Shown here one piece after another: positions 9,283 to 18,935 of a stretch of DNA of 64,000 bases (position 1 is the stretch's first letter; the number at the start of each line of letters is the position of its first letter). Source of the DNA: a virus; IMG/VR virus record IMGVR_UViG_3300021560_000018, positions 6,054 through 70,053 of that record; one strand, 5' to 3'. The translations under genes were made by a program, and so were the position numbers. The notes beneath the pieces were generated by a model. The model saw nothing but the letters and a program-made list of their open reading frames with translations. It had not been told where the DNA came from and made no database searches.

Positions 9283-9738
9283 CTAGCTGACGCTAGCGCC
9301 AGCGTCGATCGGGGTGTACCAGCAGTACCACTTCATCTGGCCCGTGTCGTTCGCGGATGTCGTCCAAGTGATGTTGGCACTCACGAAGAACGGCGAAGTC
9401 TCGAACGGCGTGTTGCCGACGAAGGCCGCATTGCCGAGGAACGGCGCGGCTGCTGGTGCGCCATTCGTTCCGGCCTGCGGCACAATCAAGGTCCCAGCAG
9501 CCTTGCTGGCCACAGCAGTGGCCGCAATGATAGTTGTACCGGCATCACCAGCGACCGCGGTTCCGACTGACAGGTTCGTAGCGGTAGCCCCCAGGGCCGT
9601 GCTCACGACGCCGAGCAGCGCGTTGACAAGAACCGCACCGCCCGACACCGTGAACAGCGTAGCCGTAGCGGTCTGTGGCAAGTTCTGTGCAGCCTTGGCT
9701 ACGGCTATGCCGGTAGCTGCGGCCCACTTGACAGACAT
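9283..9738 (-). CDS. Ala/Thr/Gly-rich virion protein, paralog A
   Basis: 151 aa; shares LF(S/T)V(S/T)G..VLV..L.GVV(S/T)TA with the adjacent 9753..10238 product. Confidence 0.45.
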   Translation of the reverse strand: MSVKWAAATGIAVAKAAQNLPQTATATLFTVSGGAVLVNALLGVVSTALGATATNLSVGTAVAGDAGTTIIAATAVASKAAGTLIVPQAGTNGAPAAAPFLGNAAFVGNTPFETSPFFVSANITWTTSANDTGQMKWYCWYTPIDAGASVS

Positions 9739-9752
9739 ATCGACTCCTCGAC

Positions 9753-10238
9753 CTAGAGAGCGGTCACCGCGCCGGGGTACTTGCGCTGCAACGGAATGTA
9801 CGTCAGCAGCCAGTCAAGTGCCCCGGTGTTGGTTGCGTCGGTCGTGATCGTGATCGTGGTCGCAGCCCCGACGATGAACCCGCCGAGGCTCGCGGCCGCA
9901 CCACTTGACCCGACGGCCGCAGGCAGCTGCCCGCCGAGGGTCGCCGGCATCTCGACCACGGATCCGACCACCGTGCTGGCGTACCCGGCTGCTGGCGCGG
10001 CCGCAATGGCCGCAGGCGCACCGGTGTACCCCAGGGTTGGCTTCACGGCAGTAACCGTGAAGGCGGTCGTAACCACGCCGACAAGTGACAACACGAGGAC
10101 AGGGCCGGTCACCGAGAACAGGTTTCCGGTTGTCGTTGCCGGCAGCACCTTGCCGAAGTTCACGACCTGGGAGGGCGCAGCACCGAACCCCTTGTAAGGG
10201 TTGACCTGCCTAATGATGAAACCCTTGTTGGCGCTCAT
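9753..10238 (-). CDS. Ala/Thr/Gly-rich virion protein, paralog B
   Basis: 161 aa tandem paralog of 9283..9738. Confidence 0.45.
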   Translation of the reverse strand: MSANKGFIIRQVNPYKGFGAAPSQVVNFGKVLPATTTGNLFSVTGPVLVLSLVGVVTTAFTVTAVKPTLGYTGAPAAIAAAPAAGYASTVVGSVVEMPATLGGQLPAAVGSSGAAASLGGFIVGAATTITITTDATNTGALDWLLTYIPLQRKYPGAVTAL

Positions 10239-10241
10239 GGC

Positions 10242-10694
10242 CTAAGACCCCAGGATCTCCAGGTTGGCCGGCGCGCGCTGGGCCATCAGGTCGTACGGGA
10301 CGACCTGGACGAGACCGGAGGCGGCGACGGTGATCTTCAGGTAGTTGTTGGGATCGGACAGCTCCGACGTGAACACGTGGAACGCGAGCATGGCCGCGCT
10401 TGCGATGGTCGGCGAACCGCCGCCGATCGTGACTGCCGAAAGCGGCGTAGCGCCGTTGACGTAGGTCAGCTTGGTCCATGCCGCCGTGCCGTCCGTTGCG
10501 GTCGAGCCGTACACATTCTTGATCACCTGCACCGAGGTGTATGAACCGCCGAACGAGGTGGCCTCGTTCACCGTGAACGTGTCGGTGCCGGTGCAGACAA
10601 CCATGACGCCGGAGGCGTTGCGCATCTTGAACGCCTTGCCGGCTGCGATCGGGATGACCTGGCACACTCGGCCGAGGGCTTCCATTCCTGCCAC
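10242..10694 (-). CDS. hypothetical head protein (decoration or connector candidate)
   Basis: 150 aa ORF immediately downstream of the major capsid gene. Confidence 0.4.
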   Translation of the reverse strand: MAGMEALGRVCQVIPIAAGKAFKMRNASGVMVVCTGTDTFTVNEATSFGGSYTSVQVIKNVYGSTATDGTAAWTKLTYVNGATPLSAVTIGGGSPTIASAAMLAFHVFTSELSDPNNYLKITVAASGLVQVVPYDLMAQRAPANLEILGS

Positions 10695-10788
10695 TTGAAC
10701 TCTTCTCCTTGGAAGTGGGCGTTACTGCACTTCTGCTAACTCGGGGCCAGGGGTCAACCTCCCGGAAGGCCTGGCCCCTACTTGACTA

Positions 10789-12195
10789 CTAGCGGTTCTG
10801 GAGCTGGACGAACGGCGACAGGTTGGGGCCACCGTTGTGCGGCGTGATCGAGGACTGGATCCAGGGCCGACCGTCGAGGCGCTCGATGACGCGGAACGCC
10901 GTCTTGTCGTTCTGGAAGCGGTACTGCTCGCTCTGCGACGACTGCATCATCTGCCGGTCGCCGATCAGGTAGTACCCGAAGTCCACGAAGCTGATGTCGC
11001 CGGAGGTGCCCAGCTGCGGGGTCTTCTCCGTGAAGTGGACCGGCCGACCGAGGATGGTAACCGGCGGCGTGTTCGTACCGGGGTTGGTGTAGTTGCCCAT
11101 CCACACCGGGCCACCGCCGGTGCCCACCGAGAGCGCCATGGTCGCGAGCTCGGGGAAGGTGTCGATGGACGCGATCCAGACCGCGTTGCCGAGGGCCGTC
11201 GGGAGCATCCGAGCGAACATCTTGATGATGTTCTCCCAGACGATCGTGGTGCTCGCCTGGTTCGTCTCCTTGTTGACCTGGACCGAAGCCGGGCAGTTGA
11301 CGAAGCCGAGCGGCTCGCCGACGCCGGTGCCATTCATGAACGCCACGTCCTCGTACCAGGCGATGGCGCGCGGGAAGATCGAGTCGAAGAAGGAGCTGAA
11401 CGCCGGGGCGTCCGCCAGGAGCTCGTTGGGCACCTCGGCATAGCCGGTGAGCTTCTTCGCGTCCAGGACGACGCGGCCGAACGTCGCCTGGGACTCGATG
11501 AGCTGCGCACCTTCTTCGGTCCAGTAGCAGACCACGCCACCGAACACGGACGACACGTTGCTCGTGGTGTCAATCATCGGGATCGGCACGCGGAGCGAGT
11601 CCATCGGGATCACCTGGGCGCGCGGCCGGACGACCGCTGTCTCGAGGGCGACCTGCAGGATCTCCGAGCGCAGCCGCTCCGGAATCAGGAAGCCACCGTC
11701 GGCCGGCACCTCGGATCCGTACGAGTTCTGGATCTTGAGCGCGGCGTCCCGCTTGGTGCGCAGGGTGGACGCGTTCTTGAGCGTCTCGAACTTCGGCCAG
11801 ATGGCCTGGAAGAACTCGGCCGAGTCCTCGAACTGGTTGTCGCGGCCCTGCTCGGTCTCCAGCCTGGCGCCGAAGGACTTGCGGTTGTAGACCGCGCCCT
11901 TGCCATGGCTGACCTTCTTGGAAGACTCCACGGGCGCCATCTGGGGCAACGCGCCGGAGAAGTTGCCCTGGTTGCCGATGCCGTTGTCCCGCATGAACTC
12001 GGTCATCGTCAGCTGGACCTGCTCACGGATCTGCTGCTTGATGTCGTTGTCCTTCTCGTAACGCCGCTTGGCGTACACGTTCAGGAACTCCTTGAACTTG
12101 CCGGGCTCGGTCATCATCTGCTTGACCCGGCCGGTGTCGGACAGCATCTCCTCGAGCTCTTGCTCGGTGTCCGGGATCACCAGGGTTGCGGTCAC
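10789..12195 (-). CDS. major capsid protein (HK97 fold)
   Basis: 468 aa, helical N-terminal delta-like region followed by a capsid-like body; directly downstream of the prohead protease. Confidence 0.8.
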   Translation of the reverse strand: MTATLVIPDTEQELEEMLSDTGRVKQMMTEPGKFKEFLNVYAKRRYEKDNDIKQQIREQVQLTMTEFMRDNGIGNQGNFSGALPQMAPVESSKKVSHGKGAVYNRKSFGARLETEQGRDNQFEDSAEFFQAIWPKFETLKNASTLRTKRDAALKIQNSYGSEVPADGGFLIPERLRSEILQVALETAVVRPRAQVIPMDSLRVPIPMIDTTSNVSSVFGGVVCYWTEEGAQLIESQATFGRVVLDAKKLTGYAEVPNELLADAPAFSSFFDSIFPRAIAWYEDVAFMNGTGVGEPLGFVNCPASVQVNKETNQASTTIVWENIIKMFARMLPTALGNAVWIASIDTFPELATMALSVGTGGGPVWMGNYTNPGTNTPPVTILGRPVHFTEKTPQLGTSGDISFVDFGYYLIGDRQMMQSSQSEQYRFQNDKTAFRVIERLDGRPWIQSSITPHNGGPNLSPFVQLQNR

Positions 12196-13637
12196 AGGAT
12201 TGCTCCCTTCAGGGTTTCCGAGACCTCTCCGAAGTCGAGGTCATCGAAGATGGTTGTGTGGTCGTGATCGTCGCTGGACCCGGACTCGCTGGCCCATGCC
12301 TTCTGGTGCGCCTTGAGGTGAGCCTCGGCAGCGCTCTTGTTGGTGAGGCCCTCAGTACTCGACAGGCGCGCGAGGGCATTGTTGACACCGTTCCGGTTCG
12401 GGGGTGAACCGGGACGCTTGTGGTGCGGAAGCGCATAGCTACCGCGCTCGTCCGCGGGACCGGACCGCCTGCCCGCGCAGATGGCTGCGAGGGAGGAAGC
12501 CGGGTTGCTCGAGTTGACAGCCGCGCTCATGGCCGCACCGCCGTCCCAGGCCGAACTGTCGTACGAGGCGTTGTGGAGATCCACGTGCATTCGGATCTCG
12601 TCCGGAAGATCAACCTGGTTATGGATGACACCGCCGGTGGCGAAGTTCATCGCAGTCCCGCTCTCGTCACCGTCGTGGTCGTCGTCCGCTCCCGCGTGGT
12701 GCGTGTGCTCGTGATCAGAGGTGGCGAAGTGATCGGTGCCCGCATCATGCGCGTGGTAGTGCGCATCGTCGTTGCTGTGACCGTGGGAGTGCGTAATGTG
12801 TGGGTGTTCGTGCGTTGCGTCACCAGAATGCGAGTGTGCGTGGTGATGAATGCCGTCGTCGTGGCCAGGATGCCCGAACGCCGCGTGGTTGTGTGAATGC
12901 TGCCCGGTCATCGGCTCGTGCATGGGTTCGGTGCTACCGTGGTACGGGTGTGCGGCCGCATCCTGTACCGCTTCGCGCGGTGGTGCCATGGCGTACACAC
13001 CGCCCAAGTCGAACCTGGCCGTCATCTCCGGGATGTGTGAAGCGCGGTTGGCCGCGATCAGGCCGTGCGCCAGGCCCGCGTCGACGGCCTCCTGGCCACG
13101 GTACCAGGTGGTCGCCTCCATCTGGTCCTTCCAGTACTGCGGGTCGCGACCAGCATGGTGGGCGTAGATCTTCGAGATGTTCTCGCAGTTCTCGTCCAGC
13201 TGATCGGCCAGTTCCCGCAGATCCTTCGCGCCGCCCACGGCCATTGTGAACGGGTTGTGGATCATCATCTGCGCGCTGTCGGCGATGTAGACCTTGCTGC
13301 CCGCGAGCGCAATGACCGAAGCGATGCTTGCAGCGATGCCGTCGATGTAGACGTCCACGTCCGAACGAGAGAGCAGGTGGTTGTAGATGGTCAGGCCGTC
13401 GTTGACCTCACCGCCCGGCGAGTTCAGGTGGATGTCCAGGGGGACGTTGACCGGCGCCAGGTCCTTGATGAAGTCACTGGCCGTTACTCCCAGAAAGCCG
13501 ATCTCGTCGTAGATGTAGACCTTGGCACGTCGGTCCACGTTCTTGTTGAAGACGATCTTGTACCAATCGTCGTGGCCACGGCTCAGAGCCAGGATCTTGT
13601 TACCCCTGACTGTGCGCCATGGAGTCGTGGGACTCAT
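12192..13637 (-). CDS. prohead protease (ClpP/S14-like) with His-rich insertion and C-terminal extension
   Basis: ClpP-like catalytic region DVYIDGIAASIASVIALAG...MMIHNPF; an approx. 100 aa His/Asp-rich low-complexity segment (HHHAHSHSGDATHEHPHITHSHGHS...); lies between portal and capsid genes. Confidence 0.7.
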   Translation of the reverse strand: MSPTTPWRTVRGNKILALSRGHDDWYKIVFNKNVDRRAKVYIYDEIGFLGVTASDFIKDLAPVNVPLDIHLNSPGGEVNDGLTIYNHLLSRSDVDVYIDGIAASIASVIALAGSKVYIADSAQMMIHNPFTMAVGGAKDLRELADQLDENCENISKIYAHHAGRDPQYWKDQMEATTWYRGQEAVDAGLAHGLIAANRASHIPEMTARFDLGGVYAMAPPREAVQDAAAHPYHGSTEPMHEPMTGQHSHNHAAFGHPGHDDGIHHHAHSHSGDATHEHPHITHSHGHSNDDAHYHAHDAGTDHFATSDHEHTHHAGADDDHDGDESGTAMNFATGGVIHNQVDLPDEIRMHVDLHNASYDSSAWDGGAAMSAAVNSSNPASSLAAICAGRRSGPADERGSYALPHHKRPGSPPNRNGVNNALARLSSTEGLTNKSAAEAHLKAHQKAWASESGSSDDHDHTTIFDDLDFGEVSETLKGAIL

Positions 13638-15121
13638 GCTGGCTCCAATTCGTAACCTGTTGTTCTTCCGATTTCTAGGGTGTCCATAATCATGCCAGCA
13701 AACTCCATCACTAGCGAGTCTGGCATCTCTTCGAGCTCGTTCCTGAGGCCGGGCTCATCGGGGCCGGACGGTATGGCTGCCGGGGTAACGCGGCTGTTCG
13801 GACCGATGTCGTACGGCTCGACATCTCCGGATGGTAGCCCGGCCTGCCCCGACGGGGTGGACATTGGATTGCCTGCGCCAGTCTGGGCCGGAGCTGGCGG
13901 CCCAACATACCGCATCCTGGGCAGACCGACTACCATGGTGACGTCGTCTGGGTGCCAGCCCGCAGCCACCAGGATTTGTGCGGCCTTGCTCTTCGCGGTC
14001 AGCTCGTCATTAGCGTCAGCAGAGCTGGACGGCGTCGGGTCGTCAAAATCGAACTCTCGATTGGTATTCGAGCCCTTGAACATAGGGAGCAGGATCTTGT
14101 TCAGGACGGTACGCTCCCGCTTTAGACGCGGGATTTCGTGCCAGGTAACATGCACCTCTTCAGCCGTCTGCGCGTTTGCCCTGTTGACGTCCGTGGAATT
14201 GCCCAGCATCGCCTGGTGCACGCGGTAAGCTTCCCGGATAACCTCACGACTCAGATTCCGGAGCTCTACGAACTGCATGTCAGCCATAGTGTACGTGTTC
14301 GGGTTCCAGGTAGCGCCCTGCTCTAGGACGCCAACCCGGTGGCCGCGGGCTACACCCTGGTGCTGCTCTCGCCAGCGGTTCGTGAACTCCGTGAACTCGG
14401 TGTCACTGAGCCTCTTGTCGAAGGTCACGATGCCGCCGGGCGTCGCACTGTTCAGGAAGAAGTTGCGCGACCACTCCGCTGTGTACTTCGCCGAGTCAAT
14501 GTCAGCTAGTAGCGATTGCACCGGCGACAGACCCCGGTAGTTGTCCAGCGGGTCCGGGTAGCGTAGCTGAATGACCTCGGAGGCCGCCAGGGGCACCTGC
14601 TCTCCGTTAGGACCGCTGTAGATCCAGCCGAGCAGGTACTTCTGCCGGTCTGGCACCGGCGTCATGCGGTCCGGGCGTACCGGCCACATAGCGATCGGTA
14701 TTCCCTTACCGCTCGGTCCCCGGTCCAGCACCCAGTACCACTCACCGACTAGTTCCAGGTGCTGCCAGCCAATCTCCCGGAACTGCTCCCCGGTCATGAA
14801 CGCATTCGGCTGGTCCCAGAGCGCCAGGGCCGGGTGATCGTACACCTCAACACGCTGGTCGGAACCCTTGTCATGCCGCGAGTACCGGACACGGCCGTCC
14901 CTCGGCTTGGTGTACATCTTCCAGCCACCCATGGCCTGCGAGCCGGTACTGAGGAGCTGTATGATAGCGAAGAGGGTGCCAGTCCCGCTCATCGCATTTA
15001 GCTGGGTGAACTTGTCCTGTGTCCCTGATCCATATAGCTGGCCGTTGTTCGCGTTCCAGCGGTCGTTGTGCGGAATGGGTGCATGGTTCCGCACGACCGC
15101 TCGAACCAGGGACTTGGGCAT
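13634..15121 (-). CDS. portal protein (HK97 family)
   Basis: 495 aa, position between terminase and protease, portal-like composition. Confidence 0.75.
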   Translation of the reverse strand: MPKSLVRAVVRNHAPIPHNDRWNANNGQLYGSGTQDKFTQLNAMSGTGTLFAIIQLLSTGSQAMGGWKMYTKPRDGRVRYSRHDKGSDQRVEVYDHPALALWDQPNAFMTGEQFREIGWQHLELVGEWYWVLDRGPSGKGIPIAMWPVRPDRMTPVPDRQKYLLGWIYSGPNGEQVPLAASEVIQLRYPDPLDNYRGLSPVQSLLADIDSAKYTAEWSRNFFLNSATPGGIVTFDKRLSDTEFTEFTNRWREQHQGVARGHRVGVLEQGATWNPNTYTMADMQFVELRNLSREVIREAYRVHQAMLGNSTDVNRANAQTAEEVHVTWHEIPRLKRERTVLNKILLPMFKGSNTNREFDFDDPTPSSSADANDELTAKSKAAQILVAAGWHPDDVTMVVGLPRMRYVGPPAPAQTGAGNPMSTPSGQAGLPSGDVEPYDIGPNSRVTPAAIPSGPDEPGLRNELEEMPDSLVMEFAGMIMDTLEIGRTTGYELEPA

Positions 15122-15125
15122 GGCG

Positions 15126-15569
15126 CTAGTCTCCCACCTTCATCTCAAAGAGCACCAGTAGGACGCCCGCGGTCACCAGACCCGCCTGCGCACACCAGAG
15201 GGAGGCCGCCCACACGAAACAGCCCATGGCCGAAATCGACATCCAGTGGTCCTGCAGGCTTACAAGTGCCGGGGCTGTGGCCGCACGCAGCCCCGACACG
15301 ATCCTGGACCCCGTCTTGCGCAACCGCTCGCCGTACTTGCCCCAGCGCTTCCGGTTCAGCACAGGACTAACCATCCCCGGCCGCGTCTGCCGCACACGGT
15401 CGTCGGGGACCCGCATCAGGCGGTCGACTTCAGTCACCATCTTGGACGTGCCTCCTCTGGTAATGAAGCTCGAACCGTCGGCGTAGCTTGCGTGCCCGCC
15501 GCCTGCCGCGTCCCTCCCACTTAACGCCACAGAACTGAGGGCAGTAGAACTTGTTATGCCCCTGGACAA
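15126..15569 (-). CDS. small membrane protein
   Basis: 147 aa with a C-terminal hydrophobic helix GLVTAGVLLVLF. Confidence 0.4.
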   Translation of the reverse strand: MSRGITSSTALSSVALSGRDAAGGGHASYADGSSFITRGGTSKMVTEVDRLMRVPDDRVRQTRPGMVSPVLNRKRWGKYGERLRKTGSRIVSGLRAATAPALVSLQDHWMSISAMGCFVWAASLWCAQAGLVTAGVLLVLFEMKVGD

Positions 15570-15583
15570 GAGAGGGGATAGGG

Positions 15584-15946
15584 TTATCCACGACTACCCT
15601 CCTTCTCTGCTTGCCCACGCACTTCTCCGTTCACAACATCTATTCCCAGACGCTTACACGCCAGGGCAATGAACTCCAGCATCTCCTCGCGAGACAGCGT
15701 GATTGTGTCCACGCGTCCCCGCTGGCCGCTAGGAGCGCGGAAGAATTCGTTCTTGTAGACCGTCCCGCTGAAGATGCTCTGCTTCGGGCTGATGGTCACG
15801 TGGTCGTAGGCCCGCTCCTCCATCCAGGTCTCGTAGGCTAGCTGTTCTATGAGCGGCTCGGCCATATCGGGGTCCGAGGCAATGTGCGGGTACATATCCG
15901 GTAGAGCACCCCGGATGCGCGCTAGCACATCATCGTAACGAGCCAT
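15584..15946 (-). CDS. hypothetical protein
   Basis: 120 aa ORF between terminase and portal. Confidence 0.4.
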   Translation of the reverse strand: MARYDDVLARIRGALPDMYPHIASDPDMAEPLIEQLAYETWMEERAYDHVTISPKQSIFSGTVYKNEFFRAPSGQRGRVDTITLSREEMLEFIALACKRLGIDVVNGEVRGQAEKEGSRG

Positions 15947-16274
15947 GACCCTCTTCCGTATCTCTTGCAGCCCGAACGAAGCAGTCCTTGGCCTCGATCA
16001 GCTTCTGAAGGCCCAGCGTGAGTTGCGGACAGTCCTTGATTTCCTCAATCATCTGCATGGCAAGGCTGGTGCAGAGCGCGGAAGCCTTACGCATACCGCC
16101 GGCAGGGAGGTGGCCGTACTCGAAGTGCCGGAACTTCTCCTGCGTGGAACCGTTACGCAGGGCTAGCTGCTCAGCGAAGTCGAACTCCTCGTTAGCTGGC
16201 ATCACTGGCCTCCTCGGGATCGGCACGGTACACCGCCATTCCGGAACACTGGTCGATGAAGACGAAGTCGACAC
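15930..16274 (-). CDS. hypothetical protein
   Basis: 114 aa ORF. Confidence 0.4.
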   Translation of the reverse strand: MSTSSSSTSVPEWRCTVPIPRRPVMPANEEFDFAEQLALRNGSTQEKFRHFEYGHLPAGGMRKASALCTSLAMQMIEEIKDCPQLTLGLQKLIEAKDCFVRAARDTEEGHGSLR

Positions 16275-16476
16275 CCGGAAGCCTGTGCCTCAGGATTTCC
16301 CTGGCGTCTTCGGCCTGTCCCATGCTAAGGTGTTGTGGTGTTGCCAGCACGAGCTTGTCGCCAGGCTTCACCACCAATCCTCCGGTGAACTCCACCTTTA
16401 CCTGCGTCTTGAGCCTGAGCTCTTGCTCTGTGCTAGGCAACGAAACTCCTAAATATTGCACGGATACCGAAGTCAC
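16192..16476 (-). CDS. hypothetical protein
   Basis: 94 aa ORF; overlaps the neighbours, so the start is uncertain. Confidence 0.3.
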   Translation of the reverse strand: MTSVSVQYLGVSLPSTEQELRLKTQVKVEFTGGLVVKPGDKLVLATPQHLSMGQAEDAREILRHRLPGVDFVFIDQCSGMAVYRADPEEASDAS

Positions 16477-17791
16477 GATCAGCTATGACGTACCGCATGG
16501 CGTCACAGCCGTCGTCATCTACCTTTGCAGGTTCATCCTTCCCCTTGTCATTCCAGACGTAGCCCGGAATCTCCTCGATGGTACTGATTGGCCGGCTACC
16601 CTCCGCCAGCTCTGGATCGACCTCCACGACACTATCCAGGAGGAAGAAGATACGCGGCTTGCCGTCACCCTCCGGCCGTAGCCTCTTCTGTACCGCCTGG
16701 ATGCCCTCCGCCACGACCTTGTAGGCAGGCTGAACGGTCATCTCGAGATACCTCTCGAGGACAACCCGGCCCTCAGCATCGTGGTCAGCTACGATGTTCG
16801 TAGGCTTGGGCTCTAGCCATTCCCGGACGCATCCCCGGTCCGGTCCGCATGAATGGTGCGGCTCCGCGGTCGTCTTGCAAGGAGCAACGACATCGAGGAT
16901 GGTGAGCGCATGTTCGTCGACGGTGCGATGGGTGTGGTAGATCTCGCGATAGAGGAACATACGGCCATCAGGATCTTCAGCCCAGCATTGCAGGACGAAG
17001 GGGTGGACGTAGCCAAAGTCAACAGACCAGTACCGCGGCCAGGCGTACGGAATTCCTGCACGGTCAACGGGCTCATTCGGACCCACCATGTCCGCGAAGT
17101 CATCGCGGGTCATAACGTGCGCTAGCTGAGTGAACTCGTCGTAGATGACGCCCTCGGCTGCCACCCAGTTGCCCAGCCGTAGTCGCTGGTATCGCACCCC
17201 AGATAGCGCGTCCAGCTTCGCCATGTAGTCTGCACCCTGCTTGGTAATCTTCCCGTCCGCACCAAACAGCATGGGATTGTCTTCATGCGTGCTGTGGAGG
17301 ATGCGAGTCTTGCCGTCATCGCAGCGCCGCTTCAGCCAGTGAGTAGGCTGGGCCGGGTTGCAGTCAGCCATCAGCTGCTGGAATGAGATGACCCAGTTAC
17401 GGAGCCGGGTGGTGATCGCTTCCCAGTCGTTCTCGGTTAGCTCGGTAGCCTCTTGTACGTACACGATATCGTACTCAGAGGACATGATCTTGTCGACCTT
17501 GTCCATGCCCCCGATGGACACGCGGCTGCCGTTGTAGTATTTGTAGCTGGCCGACTCCTGCGGACTACCACCGTAGAACCAGACCGTCCCGTTCTCCTTG
17601 GCCTCCTTGATCACAAAGCGGTCCCAGGTCACGAGAGCCGTGGAGGATAGAGTCGTAGCAGTCTTGCGGCAGATAAGGCCGCGCATCCCAGGATTCACGA
17701 GTGCCATCATGTGCAGCTTCTCTAGGCATGCACGGCTCTTGCCCGTCCCGGCCGGACCCGCAATAAGAACTTCTGTATCGCGCGCCTTCAT
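16433..17791 (-). CDS. terminase large subunit
   Basis: Walker A GPAGTGKS, Walker B-like DIVYVQEA, C-terminal nuclease-like region; 452 aa. Confidence 0.85.
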   Translation of the reverse strand: MKARDTEVLIAGPAGTGKSRACLEKLHMMALVNPGMRGLICRKTATTLSSTALVTWDRFVIKEAKENGTVWFYGGSPQESASYKYYNGSRVSIGGMDKVDKIMSSEYDIVYVQEATELTENDWEAITTRLRNWVISFQQLMADCNPAQPTHWLKRRCDDGKTRILHSTHEDNPMLFGADGKITKQGADYMAKLDALSGVRYQRLRLGNWVAAEGVIYDEFTQLAHVMTRDDFADMVGPNEPVDRAGIPYAWPRYWSVDFGYVHPFVLQCWAEDPDGRMFLYREIYHTHRTVDEHALTILDVVAPCKTTAEPHHSCGPDRGCVREWLEPKPTNIVADHDAEGRVVLERYLEMTVQPAYKVVAEGIQAVQKRLRPEGDGKPRIFFLLDSVVEVDPELAEGSRPISTIEEIPGYVWNDKGKDEPAKVDDDGCDAMRYVIADRDFGIRAIFRSFVA

Positions 17792-17857
17792 GACCTGACG
17801 GCAGGCCCCTCTGGGGCCAAACTCGTGAGTTACTACTGGAACTTGGGTTCTACTCCG

Positions 17858-18094
17858 CTAGATGCCCCACCAGCGCCGGGCAGCGTTCGGGTGGTTCTTG
17901 CTCAGCCAAATACCAACTGCGTCATACTTGTGCCGGAACCACAGCCGGACTCTTGTCCGACGCGGCAAGGGCGGGTACAGCTCATAGTTCTGACGAGCCA
18001 TCGCATCGCCAAGCTGCTCGCGGAATATACGCAGCTCAGCATCATTCAGGAGAAGAGGGTTGCTCCTGAAGAATGGCGAATGCGGCTCGTTCAT
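17858..18094 (-). CDS. hypothetical protein
   Basis: 78 aa ORF upstream of the terminase gene. Confidence 0.3.
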   Translation of the reverse strand: MNEPHSPFFRSNPLLLNDAELRIFREQLGDAMARQNYELYPPLPRRTRVRLWFRHKYDAVGIWLSKNHPNAARRWWGI

Positions 18095-18570
18095 ATCGCC
18101 CTCAGGTCCTCGTAACCCTCGGGCGTGCCGGAAGTGGAGTTAAGGATGCCCGCGACATAGGGGTCCTCTATGGCCGCCATGCGCTGTAGCACCCGCGTGA
18201 TCGTCGGTCCGAGAACGGCCTCGTCGTGCATGGCCTTGCGGAACGCCTCGGCTAGCGGTCCGGTGATAGGAGGAGGCAGAGCCGGTGCCCCGACGCCAGG
18301 TATGTTGCGGCCCTCCAGGTAACGCGGCAGACACCGCGGGCAACGGCGCTGGAAGTCCGGCATGCCATGTGTGCGCCCGATCCACTCCTTGTAGCAAGCG
18401 TTGCAAACCGCGTACTCGGATTGCTCGATCACGCATGTGATGATGTGAACGGCCGTCTTGCCCGGCTTGTAGGCGCGTGTGACTTCTTGCCTGCCGTGTC
18501 GCGGCTCAACCAGGGCCGGCACTGCCTGGTGATCAGGCCGGTCGCACCAGACGCCCTTCTCATCCCTCAT
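18091..18570 (-). CDS. Cys-rich zinc-finger protein
   Basis: Several CxxC pairs (CVIEQSEYAVCNACYKEW ... RRCPRC); no canonical HNH catalytic motif seen. Confidence 0.4.
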   Translation of the reverse strand: MRDEKGVWCDRPDHQAVPALVEPRHGRQEVTRAYKPGKTAVHIITCVIEQSEYAVCNACYKEWIGRTHGMPDFQRRCPRCLPRYLEGRNIPGVGAPALPPPITGPLAEAFRKAMHDEAVLGPTITRVLQRMAAIEDPYVAGILNSTSGTPEGYEDLRAI

Positions 18571-18935
18571 GCGGCTGAACCTCCAGGCGTATTGCCCGTG
18601 TTTGCCGAACCCGCACCACCAGGAGAACCTCCGCCGACCACGGTCACCGAGCTTCCGGAGCCGCCCTGGTTGCTTGAACCACCACCCGAACCACCGTGAC
18701 CGTACGAAACGGTGACCGGGGTTGCCGGGACCGGGGCTGCCGGAGCCGGGATGAGCTTGCGCACGACCTGGACGGCCGTCGGCACCGCGTGGAAGCCGAG
18801 GTATGTCAGGGCGAGCATCGTCGGGTCGATCCAGTGGGCGTTGGGGTAGCTAGGCTGGATAGCGACAAGTACGGTTGCGGCTACTGTGCCGGCGTATCTA
18901 ATGACAGCCGCGCCGATCTGCGGGTTGAACTTCAC
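18567..18935 (-). CDS. membrane protein with Gly/Ser-rich tail
   Basis: N-terminal TM helix, C-terminal GGSGGGSSNQGGSGSS low complexity. Confidence 0.4.
   Translation of the reverse strand: MKFNPQIGAAVIRYAGTVAATVLVAIQPSYPNAHWIDPTMLALTYLGFHAVPTAVQVVRKLIPAPAAPVPATPVTVSYGHGGSGGGSSNQGGSGSSVTVVGGGSPGGAGSANTGNTPGGSAA

Noticed and set aside
10837-12267. 476 aa plus-strand ORF
   Set aside because: Antisense to the major capsid gene; extreme Arg/Gly/Leu/Asp composition typical of a non-coding frame.
18091-18570. HNH endonuclease next to terminase
   Set aside because: Cys pairs are present but no H-N-H catalytic triad or DHIxP-like motif could be found; kept only as a Cys-rich protein.
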